A stretch of 59,160 nucleotides of DNA, filler included, from Dirinaria sp. TL-2023a (taxonomy: Eukaryota), in NCBI GenBank assembly GCA_051941275.1. It is 8 parts of 8 records of this genome, joined end to end, with 100 filler letters (N's around TTAATTAATTAA, not from the genome) between each part and the next. Parts side by side here need not be neighbours in the genome. Positions count along the whole stretch, not along the records: positions 22,288 to 29,584 come from JAVEBF010001325.1; positions 29,685 to 36,981 come from JAVEBF010001326.1; positions 37,082 to 44,377 come from JAVEBF010001327.1; 5 more parts are not named here. One strand, given 5' to 3'. Shown here one piece after another: positions 26,049-38,356 of this stretch. Numbering within the stretch: the stretch's first letter is position 1; every line of letters starts with the position of its first letter. Below the pieces are notes generated by a model. That model ran no database searches. It was not told the origin of the DNA and saw nothing but the letters and a program-made list of their open reading frames with translations. A program made the position numbers and the translations under genes.

Positions 26049-28665
26049 ATGGCGTTGAGCGGCACCTTCGAATCAGTGAAGGCTGGGATATCCCCAGCAC
26101 TCGTCAGTATAACTCGTACGGCCGGGAGAATCGCTGCAGAGGATTTGGCATTTCAACGCTCCATCAACCCCGCCGTTACACCGAAGCTTGACGGACAAAA
26201 TAGCAGGCTCCTTCATATTGCGAACCAACTTGGCAAGAACGCCGCTACCGGCACCGAGGCAACAGCGCCGCAACTGTCCGATGCAGACTCGCTTGAAGAA
26301 AAATGGCAAGGTCTTGTAGATGTGTTCGACAGCCTACTTGAAAAGGCAGATGCTTGCTTGGACGAATACACAGGCATCATTAAGAAGACCATTGTGTCAG
26401 GTGAAGCGTCCTCTACTGGGAATGCAGTGCTACCAAGGAAACCCTACCTAGCTCAAAGTTACCGTAGACAGACTCTACCGAAGCCTCAGCTACGTTTTCA
26501 AAGACTGCCTATGAACGACGACACGACACCCTTCAAACCACTACTGCTCTCAAAGCCTCATGCTATCGTTCCCTTGGAAGAGAGCCTTCGCCTTGAAGAC
26601 GTTGGAGAGGGCCTTAAACAGTATGACACTCTATTTACATATGCCCAAGCAATAAAGATTCTCATATCGAGGAAGCGGTTAACTCCTAAATCAGGTATGG
26701 TCATCCGTACGGGCCCGAGATTAACGCCTTGAAATACCCAGCTAGCGTTTACCAAGTTGCTACACCGGTACCTTTCCTTCCACTCGATTCCACAGAAGCG
26801 ACTTTCGTAGACTCTATGGAGGATGTCAAACTCATGCTGCAAGAGTTGAAAAACGCAAAAGAGATAGCTGTAGATCTGGAGCATCATGATGCCCATTCAT
26901 ACGTTGGTCTTACTTCCTTGATGCAAATTAGCACGAGAAACAAAGACTGGATTGTAGATACTCTTCAACCTTGGCGAGAAGAATTACAAATACTCAACGA
27001 GGTTTTTGCAAATCCCGAAATTGTAAAAGTAAGCAAAGGGCCTGAGATATGCGTTGCTGATCATTGACTTCCTTCCAGATCTTCCACGGCGCTTTCATGG
27101 ACATGATATGGCTCCAAAGGGATTTGGGTTTGTATGTTGTAGGCTTATTCGATACGTATCATGCCTCGAAAGCACTGGGCTATCGGAAGAATAGTCTTGC
27201 AGCATTACTGTCACGGCATGCCAATTTTGACGCTGCCAAACAATACCAGATGGCCGATTGGCGCTTACGGTTTGCTTGGTTCCTGGCCGCGTGAATGGGC
27301 CTCCGCTGATAGATATTACCTAGACCACTACCTCAGGAGATGTTTGAATACGCTCGTGCTGATACGCATTTCCTTCTTTATGTCTATGACCAATTACGAA
27401 ACGAGTTACTCGCAAGATCCGACAATTCAAACCCAGACGGAGACCTCATCGGCCGAGTTCTCTCAAAGTCAAAGGAAGAAGCACTGCAACGCTACGAACG
27501 GCCTTTTTATGATGTACGAAAAGGCATGGGGTCGAGCGGTTGGTTCACTCTACTTCAGTCCACTCCAACTCTTTTCAGTCGTGAACAATTTGCTGTTTTT
27601 CGAGCTGTGCATCAGTGGAGAGACTCCATTGCACGGAAAGAAGACGAGAGCGTCCATGCGATCATGCCGAAATATGTCTTATTGAATATCGCTCGTGAAA
27701 TGCCTTTAGACCTACCAAAGCTACTGGGTTGTTCGCATCCAATTTCTACGGCGGTGCGAGAAAGGACAGCAGAGCTGCTCGATATCATCAGGCAGGCCAA
27801 AATTGAAGGCGCAACAGGGCCTGATCTGAAGGAAATGATGCAAGCCATTCAACGGGCCTGTCCCAAGCCCGAGACTACGTTACCATCAAAACTTGAAGCC
27901 ACCCTGGCTGTGCCTGGACGATTACCAACGCCAGAAAAAGTCGCCAACGTAGATATGCCACCAAGAACGCTTCATTCGCTGTTTTGGGGTCCCACGATCA
28001 ACCCTGAGCTTTCGCAGCACAAAGAAACACGAGCTGCTTCGTCTTCAGAGGAGCTGCGTCTGGCGCTACCTATGCCTCAGCTTACTGCTGAGGTCTATGC
28101 TGATCCACGCGATGGCATGAATAGTAGCACAGACGTTGTTCGGCCAGACAGTGGTGCGCGGGTTGAGCACGCATATGTGAAGGAGAGAGAACCGAAGCAG
28201 GAGGATGTTTTTATTGTCAGAAATCTTGGTGCGCCAAGAAAGCGAAAGGCTGCATCTTTGGACGAACAGCCTGAGCAGTCATCACCAGACGGTGGGCAGC
28301 TAGGACCACCCGACAGCGACGATAACCAGAATCCAAATGACTGGAGTCTTACCATCAAGACCGCTGAGCAGCAAGCCGCTTACGACAAAGCGGCGCGTAG
28401 GGCAGAACGCAAGGCCCTAAAGAGAAACGAGAAACAACGCCGCCAACAGGACGAGCAGCAGCGGTTGAACGGGCACACTGAAGAGGATGAAGACAAGCCG
28501 TTCGATTATGAGAATGCGCCGTCAGTCCTTCATGCAGGAGGTGAGAACGAGGTTTCAGGATCAACCAAAGGGTTTGATCCGTATCTGAAGTCACTGGACG
28601 CCCCCAAGGGAGATCGCAAAGTTCGGATGGAGACGGCGGGGAGAAGTTTTACGTTCAAAAACTGA
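26049..28665 (+). CDS. RRP6: Nuclear exosome 3'-5' exonuclease Rrp6 (PMC2NT, DEDD exonuclease, HRDC), multi-exon
   Basis: [91 protein letters not shown]-terminal GRSFTFK. Confidence 0.96.
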
Positions 28666-29584
28666 TGACAGAAGCTGGAATCCTATCATCTGCATCTCCC
28701 AATCCTCCCACGCCAGACCCAACCGTTGTTCCAGCAAAGGCGGCTGCAGATCTAGCGTGCATATGCGAAGCTCCGGAGTTTGAAATAGTAGCATGCTCAG
28801 ATTATACAGTACGGTACTCCGTCGAGCAGACATGCCCGGGGTCCGATTGAGCAGCGCAGGAAGCGCGTGTCTCTGTGATGTTCGTGTTGTTGAATGGGGG
28901 ACTCGATTTGATGCGGACGGGTTAATCGATAATTGGAGTGTCAACGAGCCCTTCCTCAGGAGCCAAGACACCTCGGCACTCGTACCTAGTAAGTCCATAG
29001 TTCAGTGCTCTTGCAGGATGGAGGGATCAACCCAAACCATAATATTACTCCGACACCCACCAACGCTAAGGTACCCCGTCCTCTAAGGTACAGGTACATT
29101 ATGTACCTGTATTCAATTGTAAGATTACAACGTCAAAAGATAGTTTCAAATGCATTGACCTTTGCTCCCGAGTCCCGGGACTCCGGTTTCTCATTCGCCC
29201 AAAACAACCGTTTGCATGTCTATATTGTCTCATCTAAGCAGAGTCCTGACGACGATGCTCATTGTGTAATCAAACATGCAGTAGCATGAGGAATGGCATT
29301 AAATGCGAGCCATGGACCATGGTTCATGGTTACAATTTCCCATCCACACGTCGTCTCGGCAAGTCGAACCATCGATACCCAATGGATGGACGGCTATATT
29401 GAGTTCACCAACACCGGGATCTAGCGCCAGGTACTGAAGGCCACCGTTGCCTTTTCCCCCGCCGGGTATGGGACAATGGGTATCATAGGTAAATGTCATT
29501 CGTCAAACAACCTCGAGAGTTTTAGAGTGCAGCCTAGCGGAAAAGTCATGCAGAGTGCAGGTCATTAAGGCCCTTGCATTTAAC

Positions 29585-29684
29585 NNNNNNNNNNNNNNNN
29601 NNNNNNNNNNNNNNNNNNNNNNNNNNNNTTAATTAATTAANNNNNNNNNNNNNNNNNNNNNNNNNNNNNNNNNNNNNNNNNNNN
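29585..29684. other. Artificial contig linker
   Basis: N44-TTAATTAATTAA-N44. Confidence 0.99.
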
Positions 29685-31319
29685 AAGTTTAATGCAAGGG
29701 AAAGAAAAGATATCAATCTCGATTCTTCGAGATTGAAAATCGCGCTTCGTACAAGCTTCACATTTCTCAATTTGGCCAGGCTCATTCTCAGATCCATCGT
29801 CATCCGATGTCATCTCTGCGACCACCGATTCTCCGCTCATTTCAGAGACCGAGTCATCATCAATCTTTAAAAGTTCGACTGAGCGATAGAAAGGTACAAT
29901 GAGCATCACATCGAAATGTAGATGAAGAATTTCCCCATCATCCGACAACGCGTCTGCGTGATAGCGAAGATTGTTGAGCACCGCTCGCAATGTCGAGAGA
30001 GTTTCACAGAGCTTTGCAATCTCGTCCCAGCAAATCAATCCTCCCCCGGGAAATTCGGCCAGCGGGACCTCGGCCGTTAGCTGGCGTAGCTCGAGATACT
30101 GCAACTTGGGATGGTCCCCGATGATGCGGGACAGACCGGCTCTGCGGATGGGGAACCCCACCAGCGACAGCGACCGAAGGTTGGGATATTGATTGCCCAC
30201 AAGAAGGCTGTCGATGAAGAAGACGCCCCCGTTGGTGTCTTTGAGTTCTGCAGTCCCTGGGTGAACCAGCCGATATATATCATCCCAATCCCCGTTTCCT
30301 GGAAGCCGAATCGTCTGCAAATTAGCCAGTAGGCTCAGAGACCCACGATATTGGGTGGGGTAGATTGTTTGCGAAAAAGGCGCTGTTTCGGAGTTTGACG
30401 GGGTGATCCTCAGTTCAAGATCGAGATGTGTTGCAGGTGCAGTAGGTTTCTCCATCTCAAAGACTTAGCGAGAGTCAGAGAGTTGTCTAGAAGTTCGAGG
30501 CTTATGATATTAGGTAGGCTCTTATCGCGGACGTGAGCACACAGGTTTTCCAAGTTGAAGGATTCCATCATGCTCATACTTCTATGATGGAAGTCCATGA
30601 CATTCATGACATCGATATCTTCTTCTTCTCGTAGAAGGTTGAGAATCTGCTTAGTATACTGGCGGTACGTCGTTGAAGCTGTAAATTCGAGGTGATGTAA
30701 GTTTGGTAGAAGTTGGATAACGTTCCGAAGAGTGAGGGAACGGGTCTACGATTACTGTTAGTCCAGAAACCCATAGCTTATTTGAGGCAAGACATACATG
30801 ACTGAGTGTTTCATGGCTAAGAGGCACATCAATTTCTTGCTGAGTGCGAGGGATCGTGGATGGGTTGTTGGTTCTCCAGATCTGGCCTTGATATGGCTTG
30901 AGAAGCAGCGACAACATCTCCTCCGCTAGATCAGCTTCCGTCGAGTCGGTCTCTTCGTTAATCATCGACTTGACTCCTTGAGCAAACCGCTCTGCTCCTT
31001 CATAGTTGGGCTGTGTCTTCCATTGCAGACGCCGAACTTGAGATGCGAGATGCGGATACTTGAGCGCAAAGTCTCTCAAACGAAAGCCATCTTCAGAGAA
31101 GTATAACTCTTCGTCGTTAATCATGTTTTGGAAAAGAACCGATGCTCCTGCAGGATTCAGTCGTTTGCAAACTGGTCGAAGATTCTGTAGAGCCGTGGTG
31201 CTTGCAGGATCACAGTGGAAAGGATAACCCTCCCAGCTCTTGTTTTGAAGCTCTGCAATAATCTTGACGAGTATCTCATTCGGCATATCCATGAGAGTAA
31301 GCATCTTGGATGTCGACAT
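29685..31319 (-). CDS. F-box-like protein with LRR/RNI-like C-terminal region; 3' end cut by linker; needs an intron or frameshift near 30430-30580
   Basis: MLTLMDMPNEILVKII...LQNLRPVCKRL F-box-like N-terminus; LxxLxL repeats (LPNLHHLEF, YPNLRSLSLVGF, HPKLQYLELRQL). Confidence 0.6.
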
Positions 31320-31513
31320 GCTGTGTGAAAGAAAATATGCGAGACTTGCCCAAATGTATTTTGACGAAAAAGTTGAGCAGTTTTTCGTGCAGACGCGTTT
31401 TAGCAAGACGCGAGTTTCCAACGCAATTCATCTGAATGTTGTTGATCGTAAATAATATTTTTGAGCATGTGACAGTCGCTTAACTTCACAGCTCCAGTCC
31501 GTAGTCCCATGGC

Positions 31514-31825
31514 TCATTTGATGGCCCTGCTTATCTCATCTAGCTGGGTTCTCCCAGTACTAACCAGATATCGGATTTTGGTAGGATCAGTCACATTTCT
31601 ATTACGCTCGAACTCCTCCCTGGCAAATTTCTTCATTTCACTGCGAGCTGAAGAATCCTTGGGTATCCGGTTTATAGTACGTATCACATTCCGCCACAAT
31701 TCGAGTGCTTTCTTGCGGAGGAGAAAATCCGAAAGAGTTAGTCCAGATATCCTGTCAGCGAGATGGGCTAGGAAGGATGTAGACTTTGTATAAAATCGAG
31801 CCCTGAGCATTGTATGAGGTATCAT
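31514..31825 (-). CDS. Mitochondrial LYR-motif (Complex1_LYR, LYRM2-like) protein
   Basis: LTLSDFLLRKKALELWRNVIR...AREEFERNRNVTD..KIRYLVSTG. Confidence 0.85.
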   Translation of the reverse strand: MIPHTMLRARFYTKSTSFLAHLADRISGLTLSDFLLRKKALELWRNVIRTINRIPKDSSARSEMKKFAREEFERNRNVTDPTKIRYLVSTGRTQLDEISRAIK

Positions 31826-32212
31826 TTTGGGACCGATGGCGATGTCTCATAGAAGATGTAGTTGCAGGTTAAGACTCTTTCTCCTGTCTATAAGTCAACG
31901 GCAGTGGGACGACTTTCCTCAGTATTTATAGTGTTTATCGGGTGAGTGGCTGAGAGAAGTCATTTCATATGGCTGAAGTCGCTCAATGTCTATCAGATTC
32001 TTCAGTTTAGGGTTTGATGGAAGTAAATCAACCCTAAGGTAAGGTACCTTAGCTGCCTCGGACCAGCTTAATCCTCAACCCAATGCGAGCCAAGATAGGT
32101 ACACAGCACAGTATGTACCTTAATTGATCGGTTCCTAGAACCTTCAGTAATATCAACTCTTCAACCATAATGTCTCTCTCATTACCCCCATATTGTACTT
32201 ATTCGATCCTCT

Positions 32213-33076
32213 ATGCCCTCCCTCTCCGTCAAGCGGAAGCGCTACAGCTCTCCTACAGCCTTGGCTCCCAGGAAAGAAATCGATGCTCAATGGAACGCTC
32301 TGCCACTCTCAGACTTTCGCCAACGCCTACTTCCAAAACTGCCCCTTGACAGTGATCAAGGCTCCAAGGAGGCCAATGAAGCGCACACCATCTCCATTCA
32401 GCCTTCTTGCTCGACTGCAATATCTGCTGGGCAACCGACCCACGCGCCCTCAAACACTGCCCCTCAGTCAGGCATACAAAATCGCTCTACTGCTCTGGAA
32501 GCCCAATCACCCTCAAAATACGCTCTCACGCTCTCGTCTGCAGTTACGATGTCAGAGACAGACCTGCATGCATGCTTCACATTGATCGAGTCCACTTCTT
32601 CGGCGGCCTATCAAGCTTCCTCGACAGGCTGGCATCCGCGAAAGAAGAAGGCAGAGATGAAACTCTTGGACATGAAGTACCTGCTCTTGCGTCCAATCCA
32701 GCCACAAGCCTCTTATGTCAGCGCGGGAGCGTCCATTGGGGCCTTCCTCTCGTTCATGCTGACCATAGAAGACGACTACTTCGTCGCTTACATCTACGAG
32801 ATTCATATCTCACAGACTTTGCAGGGGAAGGGTGTAGGCGCGTGGATGATGGACGTCGTGGAAGGTGTGGGCAAGAGGGCAGGGTGTCACAAGGTGATGT
32901 TAACAGTGTGGAGGAGCAATGAAGGCGCAAGAAGGTTCTATGAACGGCTGGGGTGGGGAGAGGATGAATTTAGTCCCGGTCCGAGGAAAATGAGGGGAGG
33001 CCGGGTGATGGAGTGTGAGTATGTGATCATGAGCAAAGAGTTGCGGGACGATAGTGTGGAAAAACTAGTAACTTGA
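32213..33076 (+). CDS. NAT4: N-alpha-acetyltransferase 40 (NatD, histone H4/H2A N-terminal GNAT)
   Basis: CFTLIESTSSAAYQASSTGWHPRKKKAEM, YIYEIH, acetyl-CoA motif QGKGVG, KVMLTVWRSNEGARRFYERLG..DEFSP. Confidence 0.85.
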   Translation: MPSLSVKRKRYSSPTALAPRKEIDAQWNALPLSDFRQRLLPKLPLDSDQGSKEANEAHTISIQPSCSTAISAGQPTHAPSNTAPQSGIQNRSTALEAQSPSKYALTLSSAVTMSETDLHACFTLIESTSSAAYQASSTGWHPRKKKAEMKLLDMKYLLLRPIQPQASYVSAGASIGAFLSFMLTIEDDYFVAYIYEIHISQTLQGKGVGAWMMDVVEGVGKRAGCHKVMLTVWRSNEGARRFYERLGWGEDEFSPGPRKMRGGRVMECEYVIMSKELRDDSVEKLVT

Positions 33077-33180
33077 AGGTGGGAGAGGGGCAAAGAAGAA
33101 AGGTAAACGCAGAACCCGTCATCAATAGAAGTCGATGGCTGTAGTAGTTGGATCGAATATATATGGAATCTCCTTGGGTA

Positions 33181-34572
33181 TCATATCTGTCTTACGTCCC
33201 GCCCCCGCATTTCTGGCCTTTCCACCTCCCACTCGTCTCGCAAGACCGCGAACAGAGAATCCGTGACTATGAGCGACAGTCCCAAGCTCCATACCAATGT
33301 GATGGCGTAGAAGAAATTTGCATTGCCCGATCCGGCGTAGATCCAGAGGTAATAGAACGCTGGTCCTAGCAGTGTGGCGTAGAGCAGGGTCGCCATGGCG
33401 AAGAAAGTATACCGCATCACTACGTAATCTGATTAGTTGACTCTTAAGGCGTGAGGGAAAGGGCGAAGGAAAACGCTTACATGGAAAAACATGTCTATAA
33501 CACGGCAACAACGCGAAAAACAGACTTGTATCACTGATACTTGGATAAGGCTTGAATATTGCGCAAAGTCCCAACAATAGCGTAATCACAAATAACGGCT
33601 GCCTTCGTATCCTGAAGCAAAGGCCACCTACGTAGCCACCTAAATGGAGCCAAAATACACCAAGGAAGAATTCCCGAAAGGAATCGAACATCTCGATGAA
33701 GAAGTACCACCAAAGCCCTGCATTTGGAGTCAGATCAGGGAGCAGAAGGTGGATTCCGTATGTGGAGAACATGAATTCCCAAGAGCGGCCTGTGAGGAAA
33801 TAAGACTCGAAGAAAAAGGTTGCCAGCGAAGTTGAAAAAGCGCTTGCATGATACAAAGCGAAATGAGGGAGGGTGCTGGAGGACTTTTTGTCTCGGCACA
33901 AGTGGTCGTAGCTGAGTAGTACCAGGGGCGGTAAAAGGAGCGTCGGGTACAAGGAGAGGTAGGATGAGAGGCCTAGAGCTATCATTGCCGTGAGTGGGCG
34001 GGAGGTACATGCCATGGCTATGGCGGAGAGGATGGCGCAATTTGTGAAGACACTGGTTGGGCGCCCAAGACACGTCGCGATTGTGAGAGGGTTGAAGAGG
34101 TATGCTGCGGCCACTGTTATGCTCTCCCATCTGAGATCTCGCCGTGGAGACTGAAATAGTCGTGTGCTTCGCGATTCATCGGAGTCTGCTATCTGAGCGA
34201 GGAAGTGGGCGCAGAGGAGGTCGAGTGAGATATAGAGGATGCTCGTTGCGAGGGAGAAGATAGGGGCAGGAATGAGAGCGAAGAGGGAAAGGAGCAGAGG
34301 GGCTTGGTAGAAGACGCCGCCATCGTAGGGTGAGACATTGTGCGTATAGAGGAAGAGACCTTCTTGTACTAGAGGAACGGAAATATTAGCACAAGGTGCG
34401 ATTGTAATGGTGATTACATCAGATATTCACATCTCTTAAAGCTCGTAACCGGCGTTGATATCTCAACTCGCCCAGTCAATAAATCTGGCAAGGGAGGAAA
34501 AGCAAGGAACAGGAAGAGGCGTAAGAAAGCTGCAGAGCCGAAGACGATGGCTTTCCGTCGGTCAATGGTCAT
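33181..34572 (-). CDS. GAB1: GPI transamidase subunit PIG-U (Gab1/Cdc91), multi-exon
   Basis: RVEISTPVTSFKR, SPYDGGVFYQAPLLL, YLFNPLTIATC, DLTPNAGLWWYFFIEMFDSFREFF, FKPYPS, WIYAGSGNANFFYAITL. Confidence 0.95.
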
Positions 34573-34816
34573 AATTTATCGGGTGTTACTAGTAGAGAAA
34601 AGCTGGAGCTCATCTCACATCTCTACTTACTCAAAGCCACTGTCGAGGGCGTATGTACAATGATTTCGGCAATTCGGACTTTTGGTTTTGCCGGCCGGAG
34701 ACTTTTCAGCCCTGTGAGAACTAGCGTGGAATTTTTACCGAGAGGAAATTCGAGATTCTCGAAAAGCGCACAATTCAATCGATAAATGAGAGTCGGCTTC
34801 GTCGTACCTGGTCGAA

Positions 34817-36981
34817 ATGGCTCGTATCAAAAAACGAGGTAGCCGAGTCCCAAATAATATGAGCCCAAATAATATGAGAATGATCGCTGAAATATGCTAG
34901 GTACCTCCGGTCAAGCTCGCAATTTCATTACTAGAACCCAAGCTGTGCGCAAGCTCCAGATATCACTGCCGGACTTCAGACGGCTCTGTATCTTCAAAGG
35001 TGTGCCTCGTAGACCATCTACCTAAGATCCCAGACACCAATTGAAAATTTATCCACAGGCATCTACCCTCGAGAACCGCGCAATAAGAAAAAAGCCTCCA
35101 AATCCTCGACTCCCTCCACTACCTTCTACTACACCAAAGACATCCAATATCTCCTTCACGAGCCCCTCCTCAACAAGTTCCGTGACCACAAAGCTCTCGC
35201 GAAGAAGATCGCAAAGTCCCTCGGGCGAGGCGAAGTCAGTGATGCTGCTCGGCTAGAAAGGCAAGAGCCCAAGGTGACTTTGGACCACATCATCAAAGAG
35301 CGCTATCCGACCTTTGTCGATGCCCTGCGAGATCTCGACGATGCGTTGTCGATGCTCTTCCTGTTCGCCAATCTCCCTTCCACATCGACCGTGCCACCGA
35401 AGACCATTACAGTGTGTCAGCGCTTATGCCATGAATTCGAGCATTACCTGATCACGACGCATTCCCTCCGTAAATCCTTCCTCTCGATCAAAGGCATCTA
35501 CTATCAAGCCACTATACAAGGGCAAGACATACTATGGGTAGTACCGTACAAGTTCGTGCAACGAGTGACGCGAGACGTGGACTTCCGGATCATGGGCACA
35601 TTCGTGGAATTCTACACCACACTACTGGGATTTGTCAATTTCCGGTTGTACACCACGATCGGGCTGGTCTACCCGCCGAAATTCAACGCAGCTAGCGAAG
35701 AGAAGGGTGGAGAACTTAGCGCGTTCACCCTCGAAGGAAAAGGCGTGGACGAAGACTCCATGACATTGGAGAAAAGATCAGACGATTTAATTGAGAACAA
35801 TCCCCCATCGGCGCCGCCAGAAAACGCAGCATTGCAACAGCGTATCGATGCCATGCAGCTGCCGAACGGAGAGGATCCACAAGGGCAAGACACACAAGCC
35901 CAAACCCTACCAGACACCAGCATACCTCCAGACGAAACCGCTTCCGACGCAGTCGACACCTTTGAACCCACCGGTCCAGATGCGGACATCCTGCCCCTCC
36001 CCGAAGCCCTAGACACAGAGCTCACTTCGCTCTTCGCACCATTTTCCTTCTTCCTCTCGCGCGAAACTCCGCGACACCCTCTAGAATTCCTCCTGCGGGC
36101 CTTCGGCTGCAAGCGGCTATCCTGGGACGCCCCTCTCGGCGACGGGGCCTTCACACACAACGAATTTGACCCCTCAATAACGCACCAAGTAGTCGACCGA
36201 CCACCTGTGGCTCCAACACCGGATGACAACAATGAAGGCAGCGGCGGAGCAAGCGCCCCAAAGACACGCATGCCGGGCCGAACATATATCCAGCCGCAAT
36301 GGGTATGGGACTGCATCAACGAAGGGAAATTGCTGCGCCCAGATCTCTACGCTCCGGGAGCGACGCTCCCGCCTCATCTGAGTCCGTGGGTGAAACCTAC
36401 AAAGGGGGGATATGATCCGAGCGCGCCGCTGGCCGAGCAAGAACGGGAAGGGGAGGCGGAGGCTGCCGCCTCCAATGACGAAGAAGAGGAAGAAGAAGAC
36501 GAAGAAGAAACAGACCAAGCAGCTCCTCAAAACCAACAACAACCATCATCCTCCAAGCCCTACGAATCCGAACTCGATCCGCACGGAATGGCAATCGCAG
36601 CCTCAGCCTCAGATTCCGACCCAGAAAAAACCTCAAACCCGGCTTCCTCCTCCTTCTCAGGCTTCGTTTCCTCCCCCTCCCCCTCCCCCTCATCCTCATC
36701 CTCAACCTCCTCAACCACGCATCACCAGCGCGAACTCGAAGCCGAAGCCTTGGGGCTGAGCTATTCCGCTCCACCCACCACCACAACCACCCCAAAGAAC
36801 AAAAAAGCGGAACAGGGGAAACGGAAACGCGAGAAAGAAGAAGAGGAAGAAGAGATGGAAAGGAGGAAAATGATGCTGGGCCGCAAGAAGCGGAAGATGG
36901 TCGAGAAGATGCTGTTCTCGAATCGGAGGCAGGAGGAGCAGGCGGAGAGGTTGAGGGGGAAGAGGAGGCGGATTGAGGTTG
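34817..36981 (+). CDS. NOP7: Pescadillo homolog (PeBoW complex; BRCT domain), extreme 3' end cut by linker
   Basis: [103 protein letters not shown]. Confidence 0.97.
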
Positions 36982-37081
36982 NNNNNNNNNNNNNNNNNNN
37001 NNNNNNNNNNNNNNNNNNNNNNNNNTTAATTAATTAANNNNNNNNNNNNNNNNNNNNNNNNNNNNNNNNNNNNNNNNNNNN
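36982..37081. other. Artificial contig linker
   Basis: N44-TTAATTAATTAA-N44. Confidence 0.99.
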
Positions 37082-38181
37082 GTGGTGGTGGTGGTGGTGG
37101 TAAAACTCGCAAGGGGTACGAGCGGGAATTGCAGCATCTGCCTGATGCGCTGGCGTTGGAGCTGGGGGAGAAATATGCGATCGTGGGTTGGTTCCTGGTT
37201 TCTTTTTTCCCCCTTGTTTCCTTGCTTTTCTACTTTTATCATTTCGTATGTAGTTTTTCATACGTAAGGGGACTTTTTGCATTGCGGGGACAACAGCTGA
37301 AATGGGGATGAATTTGTTTTTTTTTTTTGAATTGAATTGAACTATTAGCATATGGCGAAGCTGCTTCGGTGGTTCTCGATCTCGCCCAGAAGCCCATGCC
37401 GAAGCTCTGCGCCCTCGTCGCCTATTACCCCGAAACGCTGCCCAATCCTGCCAATGGCTTCCCACCCAGCCTCAATGTCTGCGTGCATCTTGCTGCTTCA
37501 CAAGGCATGGCCTCGAGGTACAAATCGTATGTCTATCCGTTGGCTGAGCCTGGTTTCGCGGAGGCGGATCTCGAGGAGTACGATGAGGTGAGCGCGGGCT
37601 TAGCATGGACAAGGAGTCTGGCGGTGGTCAGGCGGGGCTTTGAGATGGTGGTTGACTTGGAAGCGGTCCGGGAGGAGCATGTCGCGGCGGAGACTGCTGA
37701 TGCAATGATGTCGACCATGGTTTCAGAGCCGTATGCCAATTATATCCCGACCCTTACGGGCGGTATCGGGTACAAGGATCTTCACCGCTTTTACCGCGAT
37801 TATTTTCTACCAGGACATCCTCCTTCCTTCCGAATGCGCCTGATTTCGCGCACCATCGGGACAGATCGGGTTGTTGACGAAATGTATGTTTCGTTCCGGC
37901 ATACCCAGGAAGTAGCGTGGATGTTGCCTGGCGTCCAGCCAACGGACAAAGAGGTAGAGGTTGCGCTGGTCGCAATCGTGTGCATTCGTGGAGGAAAGCT
38001 CTACCATGAAAATATATACTGGGACCAAGCCACTGTACTGGCACAGATAGGCTTGATAGACGCCAAATTAGTGCCTGGTGGGAAAGTAGCACAGAGGCTG
38101 CCAGTCGTTGGTAGAGAAGGCGCGAGGAAGGTTTTAGATCAAAAGAGCTCGAAGAGCAATCAACTGATACCCGCATGGTAA
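37082..38181 (+). CDS. Dienelactone hydrolase-like / SnoaL(NTF2)-like fungal protein, 5' end missing
   Basis: Exon ...LELGEKYAIV, intron 37187-37348, then AYGEAAS..LVAYYP, GFAEADLEEYDEVSAGLAWTRSL, MSTMVSEPYANYIPTLTGGIG, ISRTIGTDRVVDE, LYHENIYWDQATVL. Confidence 0.85.
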
Positions 38182-38356
38182 TCCAAACGATGCCTAATAT
38201 AATAAGCACTTCGAGCCGCTGTACATATTGGTCAAAGCGTCGTCACAGTAAGGTATGAATGGACCTACTTACAATTCAGCTAGAGCTGTATTGTCGCAGG
38301 CAAGAAGCACCGTGACTCTTTGATGAATTTGCATTCGGCCCCTGAGCAAAAGTAGT

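Noticed and set aside
29299..29499. 66-aa ORF at the end of contig 4 as the 3' part of the F-box gene or a standalone gene
   Set aside because: Separated from the F-box gene by a linker; an in-frame stop lies just upstream; no recognisable domain
34606..34740. PAC (GCTCATC) and RRPE-like motifs in the GAB1/NOP7 divergent promoter
   Set aside because: Single short or imperfect matches; PAC function is established mainly in Saccharomycotina, so support is insufficient
36900..37200. NOP7 continuing into the GGT repeat and hydrolase exon as a fusion gene
   Set aside because: The two parts are on different contigs separated by the artificial linker
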